From a virus, in IMG/VR virus record IMGVR_UViG_3300050014_000310, positions 1 through 64,000 of that record: a DNA stretch of 64,000 bases; one strand, 5' to 3'. The notes beneath the pieces are model-generated. The model was not told the origin of the DNA. It saw nothing but the letters and a program-made list of their open reading frames with translations, and ran no database searches. Below, one piece after another: positions 26,827 through 36,377 of this stretch (positions within the stretch are counted from its first letter, which is position 1; each line of letters begins with the position of its first letter). A program made the translations under genes and the position numbers.

Positions 26827-28410
26827 TTATACAGCCTCCCTCAGAATTTTTGGTGTTATCTCCGACCCGCACACCGGGCAGACCCCGGCGGCAAGTAAAG
26901 TGTTCTTGTAGTCTGCGATTGCGCTTTGTTCCCTAATGGTGAACGTGTCAATCGCCCTGCTGCAGTCTCCGATCTCGCCTTCTACTGCTCCATGCTGCAT
27001 TCCTAAATGCTGAAGCCGGTCGGCCTTGATTGCCTTTGCCCTAACTGTGTCCAGGATAGTTTCGGCTTCGTCGATCCCGGCCAGTTTACTCAGTTTCATG
27101 TCCTGCATGATGATCGCATTGGCGCAGTTGTCGTATCTCTCAGAAGCGTTTCTGAGCGCTCGCAGCTTCACTAAGTTGTCCTGTATCGTCTTGCCTACCA
27201 ATATGGCATGGTCAATGCCCTGTGTAGCATCTAGCGTCTTTTGAGCGTTTTGCAGATGGAAGTTGACCATGTTTAAGGCTTCCCTGCGGCCTTGCAGATA
27301 GGAACGTCTAGCTTCATGCTTAACTGCGCAGGAGAGGATGATCTCGGCCTCGCCAATAGTCTGAGTCCGGAGCAGGGTACATTCCTCGTTGGCAAGCTTG
27401 CCGCCGATCACCGCGTATTCGTGCCGGGCATTTTGCAAATTTGTGAGCCTATCAGCCTTTGCAGTCGCCTGGGCGTGCAGGGTAGCGGCCTCGTCAATGT
27501 GCTGGGTGTGGTCCAGGATGTCCTGTACTTTGCTTATCTGCCCGATGGCCATCTCCCAATTGGTATTCAGCGCCTGCAGCCTCTGATAGCGGTCAAGCTT
27601 CTGCGCGGCTCCGGCCAGGATAGGCTCAGCGACGTTGACGATGCCGTCAAGGTAGGCAATCTGGTAAATTGTCTCTTCCTGGTTCTCCATGACTTGCATC
27701 AGTTGGTCTTGGAGGCGTTTCAATTGGTTCAGCCGCTCACTTTTTTCTTTGATCGAGGCCAACAGGATCTCTGCCACTTGTATTTTGGTTGCTAATTCTT
27801 CGAGGTAGGCATATCCTTCAATGCTTTTTGTCAGCCTGATCTCATCATTTTGGTGCCTCTCCTTGTCCTGCCTGCGTCGGTACAGGTCTGTCCCTGCAGT
27901 TTTCGCGGCGTAGTCCACTTCCTCGGTGCCGGCCAGTTTGCCCAGGACTTTGGCGCGGGCCGGGGCAGACACCGCGGACCCAAGGAATGGCCCCTGAAGC
28001 TGATCGGCCAGATTAATAAGTAAAGTCATGTCGCCGATCTCGACCGGCCTCACGCCAGTTATTGTCTGCACTTCTAATGGAACATTTAACCCGAAGCCTT
28101 CAAATTTCTCTGGCGCCTTGTCCGGGTAAATAACTTCGTAGCGGTTAAGCCCCTTGTGACTTTTCGTTCTTGTTACTGAGTGACCATCAGCGTAGTCAAT
28201 TCTCACCACGGAGGAATTCGATCCGACCTGGATGAAATCAGTACCCGTGGGCAGGTTGTAGTAAACGTGGCGCAGCGCCCTCAAGATAGATGTTTTGCCT
28301 TGATCGGACGCCCCGACCAAAACAGTCAAAAATCCTGACGGGGCCGGGATGATCTCGGTGTCACTGTGTGATTGGAAGTTTTTTATTGTGATCTTGCTGA
28401 TCTCGTTCAT
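26827..28410 (-). CDS. SbcC/Rad50-like ATPase, N-terminal half
   Basis: NFQSH, GASDQGKTS Walker A, Q-loop, coiled coil, terminal CPVCG. Confidence 0.88.
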   Translation of the reverse strand: MNEISKITIKNFQSHSDTEIIPAPSGFLTVLVGASDQGKTSILRALRHVYYNLPTGTDFIQVGSNSSVVRIDYADGHSVTRTKSHKGLNRYEVIYPDKAPEKFEGFGLNVPLEVQTITGVRPVEIGDMTLLINLADQLQGPFLGSAVSAPARAKVLGKLAGTEEVDYAAKTAGTDLYRRRQDKERHQNDEIRLTKSIEGYAYLEELATKIQVAEILLASIKEKSERLNQLKRLQDQLMQVMENQEETIYQIAYLDGIVNVAEPILAGAAQKLDRYQRLQALNTNWEMAIGQISKVQDILDHTQHIDEAATLHAQATAKADRLTNLQNARHEYAVIGGKLANEECTLLRTQTIGEAEIILSCAVKHEARRSYLQGRREALNMVNFHLQNAQKTLDATQGIDHAILVGKTIQDNLVKLRALRNASERYDNCANAIIMQDMKLSKLAGIDEAETILDTVRAKAIKADRLQHLGMQHGAVEGEIGDCSRAIDTFTIREQSAIADYKNTLLAAGVCPVCGSEITPKILREAV

Positions 28411-28424
28411 GGCTACCAACCCTC

Positions 28425-28685
28425 TCAGTCTTTCAATTGTTCATTGATCTCGGGCTTCTGCATTTCCTTGAACCTTTGCAAGGCAGCAATCAGGTCATCA
28501 ATGCCCATCGGCGTCAGCGCAGCGGGAAGATCAGGCAAACTGGAAGTAATACTTTCCGCTGGCACCCACGTTTCATTCTCGCCCGTTTTCACTAGATAAG
28601 GTAGATCATCGTCATCTTTATCCACCTCAATGATTTTGCCTGTGAAATTAAGCGTGTCACCAACCTTGAATTTGAGCTTAGGCAT
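28425..28685 (-). CDS. hypothetical SH3-like protein
   Basis: KFKVGD..G.I.EVD..PYLV. Confidence 0.55.
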   Translation of the reverse strand: MPKLKFKVGDTLNFTGKIIEVDKDDDDLPYLVKTGENETWVPAESITSSLPDLPAALTPMGIDDLIAALQRFKEMQKPEINEQLKD

Positions 28686-28908
28686 TGGCGATCACCCCCT
28701 CAACAACCGCACTACCCCCTATTTCCCGGTTGCACCCGGGGCAAACATAGCTGCATTCATCTCTGTTCGCAGCATCATCGATTGATATGCATCCGTCGCC
28801 AAAACGCTGGGCAGTTGCCGTGTCCCATTGCTCTGTCGTGGAACTTTCATGACATTCTGGGCATTGAAACGTCTTTGTGATCTCGCTCACTTCGGTTTTT
28901 TCAGGCAT
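28678..28908 (-). CDS. zinc-ribbon protein
   Basis: CPEC...CPGC. Confidence 0.6.
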   Translation of the reverse strand: MPEKTEVSEITKTFQCPECHESSTTEQWDTATAQRFGDGCISIDDAANRDECSYVCPGCNREIGGSAVVEGVIANA

Positions 28909-28911
28909 CTC

Positions 28912-30909
28912 CTATCGTTCCTCCCCCATAAATCGTTCAACTTCCCCCAACGACCGTACAATCGAAGCCCCCGGCAGCGACTTCAGTACGGTCGCCCCGT
29001 ACCTCTTCGTCGTAACCCGGTTGTCCAAGATACAAACCACTCCCCGATCGGATCTCGTCCGAATTAGGCGCCCAAACCCCTGCTTCAATGACAGGATGGC
29101 TTCGGGCAGGGTCAAAGCATTGAAGATCTGATAATCGTTCTTCCCCTGCTTTTTGAGCCGATCAACTCTGGCCCGAGAAATAGGTTCGTCCGGGACCGCG
29201 AAGGGCAGCCGGTCAATAATGACGCAGGAGAGAGATTCGCCATCGATGGAAACCCCTTCCCAAAAGCTCGAAGTGGCGAACAGCACAGAATGCACGTCGT
29301 CCCTGAATGCGTCCAGCAGTGCTCTCTTGGGCATGTCACTCTGCTTGTAGACCTGGTAGGGCAACTTACCTTCTAACCGCTGATAGACCTCGTTCATCCC
29401 CCTGTAGGACGTGAACAGACATAAGGCACGGCCCTGGGTAACCGCCAGCAGGTCATAAATCGTTTTAACAATCCCCTGGTGGAAACTCGGTGAGTTCGGT
29501 TCCGGCAAATCTTGCGGCAGGTATAGTAAGCATTGCTGCGAAAAGTCGAATGGAGATTTTACGATTAATTCTTCTGCGGCCGGGCACCCAATTTGCCCTT
29601 TCAGGTAAGAAAAGCTGCCGCCAGTGGATAAAGTGGCAGAGGTTAAAATTACTGAGTTCATCTTGCTAAACAGCATCTCAGACAACATTTCAGACACGTC
29701 AATGGGCGTTCCGTGGAGCACTATCTTCTGTCCGCCTCGTGATGTTTTGCTTTTTTCGACCCAGTAAACATTGCTTTTCTGGTTGTCGGCCGATAGGATG
29801 TAAACTAAATCGTCGAAATATTTGCCCACGTTACTTAAAACGATGGTGTCATGGTCAGACATGCCATCTGACTCTGTTTTAGCAATACTCTCGACCAGTT
29901 CCAGCACTTTGTTGCCCTGGATGATTAATTCGTCGGTCGGTATGAGGCAGAACCGGTCTTTGCCGTCTGGGGTACCTGCGACTAGGTTGAAAAAAGCCTC
30001 ATTCTGCAGCAAGGCGTCCTCGCATAGGTTGAAATCGACGCCTGGGACTTTTCTGGCCTGCTTCAATAAAAGTGGTAGCCGGTAATTGGAGCACTGGGTA
30101 CTGAGCGCTGACTGGGCAATGCTTGACAGTTTGTGGCCTTCATCCAGCACCACAATGGTATAGTCTGGCAGGAGCGACGCATTCCCGTCTGTCTTGTCCT
30201 TGATGACCAGGTCGAGCATGAGCAGGTTGTGGTTCGTTATTATCAGTTGGGCATCGTTCAGCAGCGCCTTGGCCTTAGCTAAAAAGCAGTTAGAGTACGA
30301 TAGACATTTGCGGCCGGGGCAGTTGTCGTCTACGCAGATTTTTGCCCATAGGGAAGAGGGTTCAACTTTCAGATCGGCGCGGTCCCCTGATTTTGTGCTG
30401 TGCGCCCATTCCTCTATCTCGATCAGTTCCTGCGCTTCTTTGTCGTGGAACATGCCGCCCAGTTGGGTGAGTTCAGATTCTAGGCGTACCCGGCATAGAT
30501 AGTTGCTTTTCCCCTTGGCCAGCCGGGCGTGAAACGATTCTTTTAATATGTTTTCCAGTAGCGGGATGTCTTTACTAATTAGCTGTTCCTGCAAGGCAAT
30601 CGTCCCGGTAGAAACGACGGCGCGGCCCCCTGTAGCCTTCAAGTGTTCGTGCAGGGGGGCCAGGTAAGCAATCGACTTCCCAGTCCCCGTGCCAGCCTCG
30701 AAGAAGCCGTGTCGCTGCTCTGTTAGGGCAGATTCGATCATCAGGGCCATCTCGATTTGAGGCTCTCGGATCTCGTATCCAGGAATTTCGCGGGGCAGCG
30801 TTCCCCGGAGAATTGCTTCTACCGGGGAGAGATGCTTTTTCACCAGTTCGGGGGAGCGCGCCGCGAGTCTGTCTGATAGGTCAATGAGGTTGCTTGCCGG
30901 GAGGCTCAT
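28912..30909 (-). CDS. dinG: DinG-family Fe-S DNA helicase
   Basis: EAGTGTGKS, KGKSNYLC, Cys cluster, DEGH, TSATL, FWEGV, QGFGRLIR. Confidence 0.93.
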   Translation of the reverse strand: MSLPASNLIDLSDRLAARSPELVKKHLSPVEAILRGTLPREIPGYEIREPQIEMALMIESALTEQRHGFFEAGTGTGKSIAYLAPLHEHLKATGGRAVVSTGTIALQEQLISKDIPLLENILKESFHARLAKGKSNYLCRVRLESELTQLGGMFHDKEAQELIEIEEWAHSTKSGDRADLKVEPSSLWAKICVDDNCPGRKCLSYSNCFLAKAKALLNDAQLIITNHNLLMLDLVIKDKTDGNASLLPDYTIVVLDEGHKLSSIAQSALSTQCSNYRLPLLLKQARKVPGVDFNLCEDALLQNEAFFNLVAGTPDGKDRFCLIPTDELIIQGNKVLELVESIAKTESDGMSDHDTIVLSNVGKYFDDLVYILSADNQKSNVYWVEKSKTSRGGQKIVLHGTPIDVSEMLSEMLFSKMNSVILTSATLSTGGSFSYLKGQIGCPAAEELIVKSPFDFSQQCLLYLPQDLPEPNSPSFHQGIVKTIYDLLAVTQGRALCLFTSYRGMNEVYQRLEGKLPYQVYKQSDMPKRALLDAFRDDVHSVLFATSSFWEGVSIDGESLSCVIIDRLPFAVPDEPISRARVDRLKKQGKNDYQIFNALTLPEAILSLKQGFGRLIRTRSDRGVVCILDNRVTTKRYGATVLKSLPGASIVRSLGEVERFMGEER

Positions 30910-31184
30910 AGGGTCGCTCCTTTCCAAAACACATGAAACATCAGGCGTCCACCGTATAAATTCACAGTTCCCAAGAAGGCGTGACCGTCGATATTTGAAA
31001 TAGGATGACCAGTGCCGTGGATTCTAATGCCGTACCTTATAGTGGTTGGCTGATCGGGGTCAACCAGGGCATACAGAACTATGTCATCATCTTGGGTGGC
31101 AACTGATAGAACCTGGCTACCTATGGGCAGGGATAGCGTTTGGTCATCGACTACTTCTAGGACATACTTGTAAACTGTTTTCAT
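30906..31184 (-). CDS. phage hypothetical protein
   Basis: MKTVYKY...GTGH..FLGTV...FHVF. Confidence 0.7.
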   Translation of the reverse strand: MKTVYKYVLEVVDDQTLSLPIGSQVLSVATQDDDIVLYALVDPDQPTTIRYGIRIHGTGHPISNIDGHAFLGTVNLYGGRLMFHVFWKGATL

Positions 31185-31693
31185 AATGGCACCCCGATTC
31201 CCCACGGATGGTAGGCGCTGCAAACTTTCATCCACATTTCGATCGGTTCAGGCTTCATGCTTTCCCCGAAGCAGAAACCGATATTTGCTTTGGATGTATC
31301 TTCTACCGGGCATCCAGCAGAATAGTTATCCTTGCCCCACTCGATCAGGCCGTTGTAGAACCTGGTTGCGTCCTCTTCGTTGTCGATTGCCATGACAGCC
31401 CGGACGAACTGGCCGACATTGTGAGATTCTCCGCCAACTTTTTGGACGAAGAATTCCCGGTCAGTCAGGGATGGAGTCTCTTTCCTAAACATGGGCAATT
31501 CCTGTTTCCCTGCAGACTTCGGCCTGAAATAAAGGTGAGAATCGCTCTTCTTGATTGCTACACAGTCGCAGCAAGGCATAAACAGGGCGATATCCTGTCT
31601 GTGGGCGCAGAACTGGCAGAGAGCGAAAATGTGAGTGTCATCGTACTCGACAAACTGCCACCCGTCTTTATCCGGCAACGGGATCGCCCCCAT
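31181..31693 (-). CDS. hypothetical protein
   Basis: CQFC..CCDC; operonic. Confidence 0.5.
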   Translation of the reverse strand: MGAIPLPDKDGWQFVEYDDTHIFALCQFCAHRQDIALFMPCCDCVAIKKSDSHLYFRPKSAGKQELPMFRKETPSLTDREFFVQKVGGESHNVGQFVRAVMAIDNEEDATRFYNGLIEWGKDNYSAGCPVEDTSKANIGFCFGESMKPEPIEMWMKVCSAYHPWGIGVPL

Positions 31694-32072
31694 CTACTTG
31701 TTCATCAGTGGCGATGGCCTCAGTTTCGCCCTGCCCATCGTCGTCAGCGCTGGTCACGGTTTCGCCCTGCTCCGCTCCATCGCCCACTTCATCCTTCTTC
31801 ACCGGCTTCTCCCCTTCGGCCACGTCAATGGCTTCCTGCAGCATCCTGGTCAGCGCCGGTTCATCGCAGACCCCGATATAGTCCCGGGCATCCTTGCAGG
31901 CGGCCAGCAGCAGCTTCTTGGTCTCCACTTCGTCCTTGAGCGCCCCAACAAGAAAGCGCATATTCTCCGATGCCTGCACCAGACCCGCGTTCTCCTTCTG
32001 CAGAAAGCTTACTTTAACTTTCAGCACGTCTCTTTCCAGGGCTAATTCCCTGATTTTTACTTCACCTTTCAC
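31668..32072 (-). CDS. hypothetical coiled-coil protein with acidic tail
   Basis: Operonic ORF. Confidence 0.55.
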   Translation of the reverse strand: MKGEVKIRELALERDVLKVKVSFLQKENAGLVQASENMRFLVGALKDEVETKKLLLAACKDARDYIGVCDEPALTRMLQEAIDVAEGEKPVKKDEVGDGAEQGETVTSADDDGQGETEAIATDEQVDGGDPVAG

Positions 32073-32092
32073 TTGGTTTCACCTCGACTTTC

Positions 32093-32788
32093 CTAATTGT
32101 CGAACCAGAACACGATACGCACGTCCTCGGGTTTGCCCAAGCGGAGTAACTGAGGAATGGAGTCAGAGAGAAATGCCCGGCAGGTTTTGTAGTATGGCTG
32201 TTCCCACGTGCACAGACCGTAGTAACTCCGCCCGATTTCATCCAACTCCTGCTCCTGATTGGCATAGGTGTTGCCGTTTTCCCGGATCGGTTTGACGATG
32301 GCCTCTAATTCTTCTTGCGTTATATGCTCGATGTTGCCGCCGCCTATGCCGCCACAATAGCTATCAGGGCCTTCCCCGTGGCTCTTGTCGTAGCGAGACC
32401 ATTGCCAGTATTCTTTGAGCGACAACCAACCCCGCAGTGTGACCGTTTGCGTCCAATCATAGTCAAGCAGGTCTTGCAAGAGATGGAAGCTGTGGCTATG
32501 CCCATCGCAACCCCAGTCATCGGAGTTGGCCTGGACGTCAGGAGACATATCAGTAGGTAAACCCTTTGGCATGGCTATGGGGCTAAATCGTTTATCTGAA
32601 TTGCAGCCATCAACATCTTGTTCATTGCGGACATTAGCCAAAATAGAGAACAAGTTGTAGGATCGTTGTCCTGCCAGCCAGAAAAGCGTGGATTTTCCAT
32701 AGTCCCATGTATCCTCGCTGGGGCGTTTGACCGCAACCCACTTGCCATCAATCTTTTGTTCTACGCAGAGGTGTATATCGCAACCCAT
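32093..32788 (-). CDS. phage protein, MGCDIH...RIVFWFDN type
   Basis: MGCDIH, RSY.LF..LA.VRN, DGHSHS, VFWFDN. Confidence 0.75.
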   Translation of the reverse strand: MGCDIHLCVEQKIDGKWVAVKRPSEDTWDYGKSTLFWLAGQRSYNLFSILANVRNEQDVDGCNSDKRFSPIAMPKGLPTDMSPDVQANSDDWGCDGHSHSFHLLQDLLDYDWTQTVTLRGWLSLKEYWQWSRYDKSHGEGPDSYCGGIGGGNIEHITQEELEAIVKPIRENGNTYANQEQELDEIGRSYYGLCTWEQPYYKTCRAFLSDSIPQLLRLGKPEDVRIVFWFDN

Positions 32789-32817
32789 TTTCCTTGTCCC
32801 CCTTCTAATCGTTTTCT

Positions 32818-33036
32818 TTAGTACCCGCCAAACCCGTACCCCAACGTGGCGATCCGTTCGCCCCTATATTTGATTGCCTTGACTACCCGGGACTCCGCCT
32901 CTTCGTGCTGGCTCGTGCCGACAACGGCGTGGCGGTCATTACCCGGCAATACGTGGACTCTGAATTTGTGCTTATCGAGGTTCCGTGATATTACCTTGTG
33001 GCCGCATAGTCGGCATTTTGTGTATCTGGGCATCAT
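32818..33036 (-). CDS. C2H2-like Zn-finger protein
   Basis: CRLC...H...VH. Confidence 0.55.
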   Translation of the reverse strand: MMPRYTKCRLCGHKVISRNLDKHKFRVHVLPGNDRHAVVGTSQHEEAESRVVKAIKYRGERIATLGYGFGGY

Positions 33037-33076
33037 GTCACCCCTTCTACTATTGGGATTAAGGTTCGATGTATTT

Positions 33077-33352
33077 TTATGGCATTAGCAAACTTTGATG
33101 CGATACACCCCTGAAGGTACAGCCACCGGGATTTTGATTCCATACTTGTCTTTTTTCTATTTGACAGCACATTTGTTCCAAGCAATCGTTATGAATTATG
33201 TAGGCATCTTTATCGCCAATCTTTTGAATATTTAAATGCCCAATGTGATCAAATAAACTAGCTATTCTATTTATGGATTCACTCTTGTTCTTTATTTCAT
33301 AAACCTGAGAGTTAGCTTCGTCGCACTTCTTATAGCACCAAGAACAATGCAT
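33077..33352 (-). CDS. AT-rich hypothetical protein
   Basis: AAAGGAG RBS; CSWC...HNDC. Confidence 0.5.
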   Translation of the reverse strand: MHCSWCYKKCDEANSQVYEIKNKSESINRIASLFDHIGHLNIQKIGDKDAYIIHNDCLEQMCCQIEKRQVWNQNPGGCTFRGVSHQSLLMP

Positions 33353-33376
33353 TGCTCTCTCTCCTTTAAAAAATGC

Positions 33377-33517
33377 TGCGGGGACGGGCAGGGATTCGTA
33401 CCCTGCATGACTGTCTAGCCTCTGCCGCTTTCTGACTACATGAGCCAAGGATTTGAACCTTCAAGACAGCCTCGCCCGGCTTAGCTAAGCGTCTACCCTA
33501 TTCCGCCACCGCCCCGC
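33377..33517 (-). ncRNA. tRNA-like RNA (~140 nt) without a canonical anticodon arm
   Basis: Acceptor GGGGCGG/CCGTCCC; Leu-type D arm GCG-GAATAGGGTAGA-CGC; T arm GCAGGG-TACGAAT-CCCTGC; ~80-nt central domain. Confidence 0.7.
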
Positions 33518-33779
33518 AACCTTCTATGTCAATGTGATTGATTTCGTAGCGCCGCCTCGTGGACCGGGTTGGGCGAGGCGGCTATAAAGTTGTATTTGAG
33601 GTGTTACTCTGCGCCCAAGGTAGCTTTACCTCCGCCGCATCCGCATGGTAACCACCTGCCTTAATTTTCAAGAATTATTCTTTAAGATTTATTGCCGCCC
33701 CGCCGTTGGCTGGAACAGACGAGGCGGCCAGTTTCCGGAAGCGGGGGCAACCGGAAAGGTTATTTTTACGTCAGATAGG

Positions 33780-34901
33780 CTAAATGATGGGTTCCTCGGG
33801 CAGAACCTCGGCCTTGCCTGTGTAGACCTTCTGCGTTGTCGTCACCGTCGTCTGCCCTTCAGCACCGCCAGCATCCACTACCCCGCCCGACCCTTCATCG
33901 TCCTCGTTGAAGTAATCATCTGCTTCGACTTCCTGCTGCAGGCAGATGTCCCGGTATTCGTCCTGCTTTTTCTTGTATTTCATCGTCTCCAGCGGCTTCA
34001 GCACTGCCCCGTTGCGAGGCTTGATCACTGCGAAGGTAAATCCTCCAGCAGTCGCCTTATCCAGCCCCAGGATGACCTCAGCCTTGAGATCGGTATAGCC
34101 ACAGGCCAGGCGACCGGAGATGAACGTATCCCAGATTTTAATTGACTTGGGCGACAGGGAGACGAAGAACGGGAACTCGGAGATTGGCAGCATCATGTGC
34201 AGCCTTCTCATTTCCTTGCACGCCTTGCCCTTGCTGGGATCTCCCTTCTCGTCCACGCTGGTGCCCCATTCGTTCTTCTCGCACAGGGCACAGAGCGGAA
34301 CCATGTCCTCGCAGTAAGTGTCATCGCGGTGCGCCAGCACGGCCTTGTGCAGTTCCAGCATCCTTGTCGCGCCTTCGGATAGGACCATTTCTTCCAACTT
34401 CTCAGCGTCAGCGCCGTTGAATGCTTTCCAGTTGAGCACCGGATGGGTGCTGAACGGCCAGACAACGCCTGCGTCCCGGAAACGATTGCATTTGCCGAAG
34501 TGCAGGCAGACTCCGCAGACCTGATGGTCAAACACTTGCAGCAGGTGTCCATCATCATCGGAGCGCATCTTGCCGACCAGCGCATCCTTAGACGTGCACA
34601 TCGGGATCTTGTCCGGACCACCCTTGATCCACAGTCCCTTGGTCGCTTGCTTGGCGATCAGGACGCCCCGGACCTCGTCGGAGATGGCATTCATGGGATC
34701 GACAAACTTCTGGAGGTCCTTGTTGATCTTGATCTGCTGCAGCTTGAATGTCACACCTACGGCACTGTTCTGCCAGTCCTGCCAGAGCACCAGGGTGTAC
34801 TCGTCGATGTCCTGCGGCGTCATGCCCGCGGTGTCCACGTTGACGAGGAGCATCTTTTTCTGTTCTTCTGTTGGGGCGCTTGCTATCATCGGTACTGCCA
34901 T
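33780..34901 (-). CDS. putative ssDNA-binding/recombination protein
   Basis: C.S.D...C..C..NEWG...KGKACKEMRRL; acidic C-terminal tail. Confidence 0.5.
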   Translation of the reverse strand: MAVPMIASAPTEEQKKMLLVNVDTAGMTPQDIDEYTLVLWQDWQNSAVGVTFKLQQIKINKDLQKFVDPMNAISDEVRGVLIAKQATKGLWIKGGPDKIPMCTSKDALVGKMRSDDDGHLLQVFDHQVCGVCLHFGKCNRFRDAGVVWPFSTHPVLNWKAFNGADAEKLEEMVLSEGATRMLELHKAVLAHRDDTYCEDMVPLCALCEKNEWGTSVDEKGDPSKGKACKEMRRLHMMLPISEFPFFVSLSPKSIKIWDTFISGRLACGYTDLKAEVILGLDKATAGGFTFAVIKPRNGAVLKPLETMKYKKKQDEYRDICLQQEVEADDYFNEDDEGSGGVVDAGGAEGQTTVTTTQKVYTGKAEVLPEEPII

Positions 34902-34951
34902 TGTTTTTGTCTCCCTTCGAATTCTTAAATCGAATTGCTGATCGTAAGGTT

Positions 34952-35119
34952 TTACTTGTTTACTTCGCCTTTAATAAATCTGATTGCATCTCCTAGAGTA
35001 TTTTCACTGTTATAGTCGCTCCACCGTCCGTTGGAAGGATCGAGATGATAGATATACCACCTGTCGTCGATTCCTTGTTTGTAGCACCACTCATGGTTAA
35101 GCATTTCCGCAAAAGTCAT
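34952..35119 (-). CDS. small hypothetical protein (55 aa, not in track)
   Basis: MTFAEMLNHEWCYKQG... Confidence 0.45.
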   Translation of the reverse strand: MTFAEMLNHEWCYKQGIDDRWYIYHLDPSNGRWSDYNSENTLGDAIRFIKGEVNK

Positions 35120-35148
35120 TTTGCTGTTGGCATCCCTTCGAATTTGTC

Positions 35149-35649
35149 TTACACTGTCCCGCCGAATATGGCGGTTAATTGCGCTGCTCTCGACGACAGG
35201 ATCGCCCGGTAATTTGCCATTGTGCTTTCCAGTTTGGAGACCTCATTCTTCGCCAGACCGATGTCCAGATATTCGGTAGAAATCTGTTCCTCATATCCCT
35301 GGGCCTCTTCCCTGGCCGCCTGATATTCCTCGCTTGCCGCCAGCCGCCGGGTAGTCTCGGCGCTCCGTAGTTTGTCGTTGCTGAAACGCGGTTTGCCGTC
35401 TCCGTTAGGCTCGACCGTGACCTCGGCCTCAGTGACCGCCTTGATGTCGCCGGCCGCCGCCTTGTACTCCTCAGCGGAGCGTTTCAAGGCCTCAATAGCC
35501 GCTTGATTTGCCGTGATCTGGTCCTGCTTCTCCTTGATCCTGTCCGGCAGTCCCATCAGCCTGGTTTCAATGTCGGACAGACCGAAGTCGATGATCAACT
35601 GTTTCGCTGAATCTTGGAGCGCCTTGGTGATTTCCTGGGAAAATATCAT
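35149..35649 (-). CDS. coiled-coil protein (possible recombination mediator)
   Basis: GKPRFSND..R motif; heptads. Confidence 0.55.
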   Translation of the reverse strand: MIFSQEITKALQDSAKQLIIDFGLSDIETRLMGLPDRIKEKQDQITANQAAIEALKRSAEEYKAAAGDIKAVTEAEVTVEPNGDGKPRFSNDKLRSAETTRRLAASEEYQAAREEAQGYEEQISTEYLDIGLAKNEVSKLESTMANYRAILSSRAAQLTAIFGGTV

Positions 35650-35677
35650 TTTGGGATCTCCTCTCGTAAGCTAATTT

Positions 35678-35890
35678 TTATTTCCTCTCGGGGTTGATGA
35701 ATTCTCCAAACTGTGCCATCTGCTCCCGGCTATACAGGCAATCCCGCGGAATATTGTGCAGTTTCCTGAACTCCTGATGTCTCCCGCTGATCCAATGGAT
35801 ATACCCAAAGCGTGCATGTGGCGGAGGATTGCTGGCGTCATAGCCGAATGTTTGCAGGTACGCCTGGTAATACGGCTGGTAAGGCGTCAT
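35678..35890 (-). CDS. hypothetical protein
   Basis: MTPYQPYYQAY; ATGA coupling. Confidence 0.5.
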   Translation of the reverse strand: MTPYQPYYQAYLQTFGYDASNPPPHARFGYIHWISGRHQEFRKLHNIPRDCLYSREQMAQFGEFINPERK

Positions 35891-36321
35891 TTCCTTATTA
35901 CCCAGAACTGCCAACAGTGCCGGCACATCGCTACCAGCGCCAGACCCCCGTCGCATCCATACGAGTCCACGATCTCCCCGTGATCCTCGTTCAGCAGATC
36001 AAGTTTGCAACTGGGGCAGCGGTGATCCGGACCGCAGCGCTGTTCGACGTGCAAGCAAATATGGGGAAGCAGACTCTTTTCAGTGGGAAACCGGGGATCC
36101 GACCCGCTTACTCGCTCGACCACGATCCCCTGAGATGTGGTGTATTTCGCATAGTCCGCGGGTAACGCCGTCTCGATGACCAGGAGCATTTCGGTCCGTA
36201 TTATGGTTGAAGTGGTATGGAAATAGGCTTTACTGGCTGCGTCCACGGTTTCGAGACGCAGGTTAAGGGGAATTTTGGGGATAGAATTATTGACTTTGTC
36301 TGACGTTGCCTGTATACTCAT
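35887..36321 (-). CDS. Cys-rich hypothetical protein
   Basis: CPSC...CRHC; AAAGGA RBS. Confidence 0.55.
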   Translation of the reverse strand: MSIQATSDKVNNSIPKIPLNLRLETVDAASKAYFHTTSTIIRTEMLLVIETALPADYAKYTTSQGIVVERVSGSDPRFPTEKSLLPHICLHVEQRCGPDHRCPSCKLDLLNEDHGEIVDSYGCDGGLALVAMCRHCWQFWVIRK

Positions 36322-36377
36322 TGGTAGATGTTCCTTTCTAAGCCTTTCAACGAAGGCTTTTTTCTTTTTTACGCGAT

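Noticed and set aside
31208-31939. Long plus-strand ORFs within the early operon (also 7553, 24790, 33645, 34443)
   Set aside because: They overlap better-supported minus-strand genes and lack RBSs and motifs
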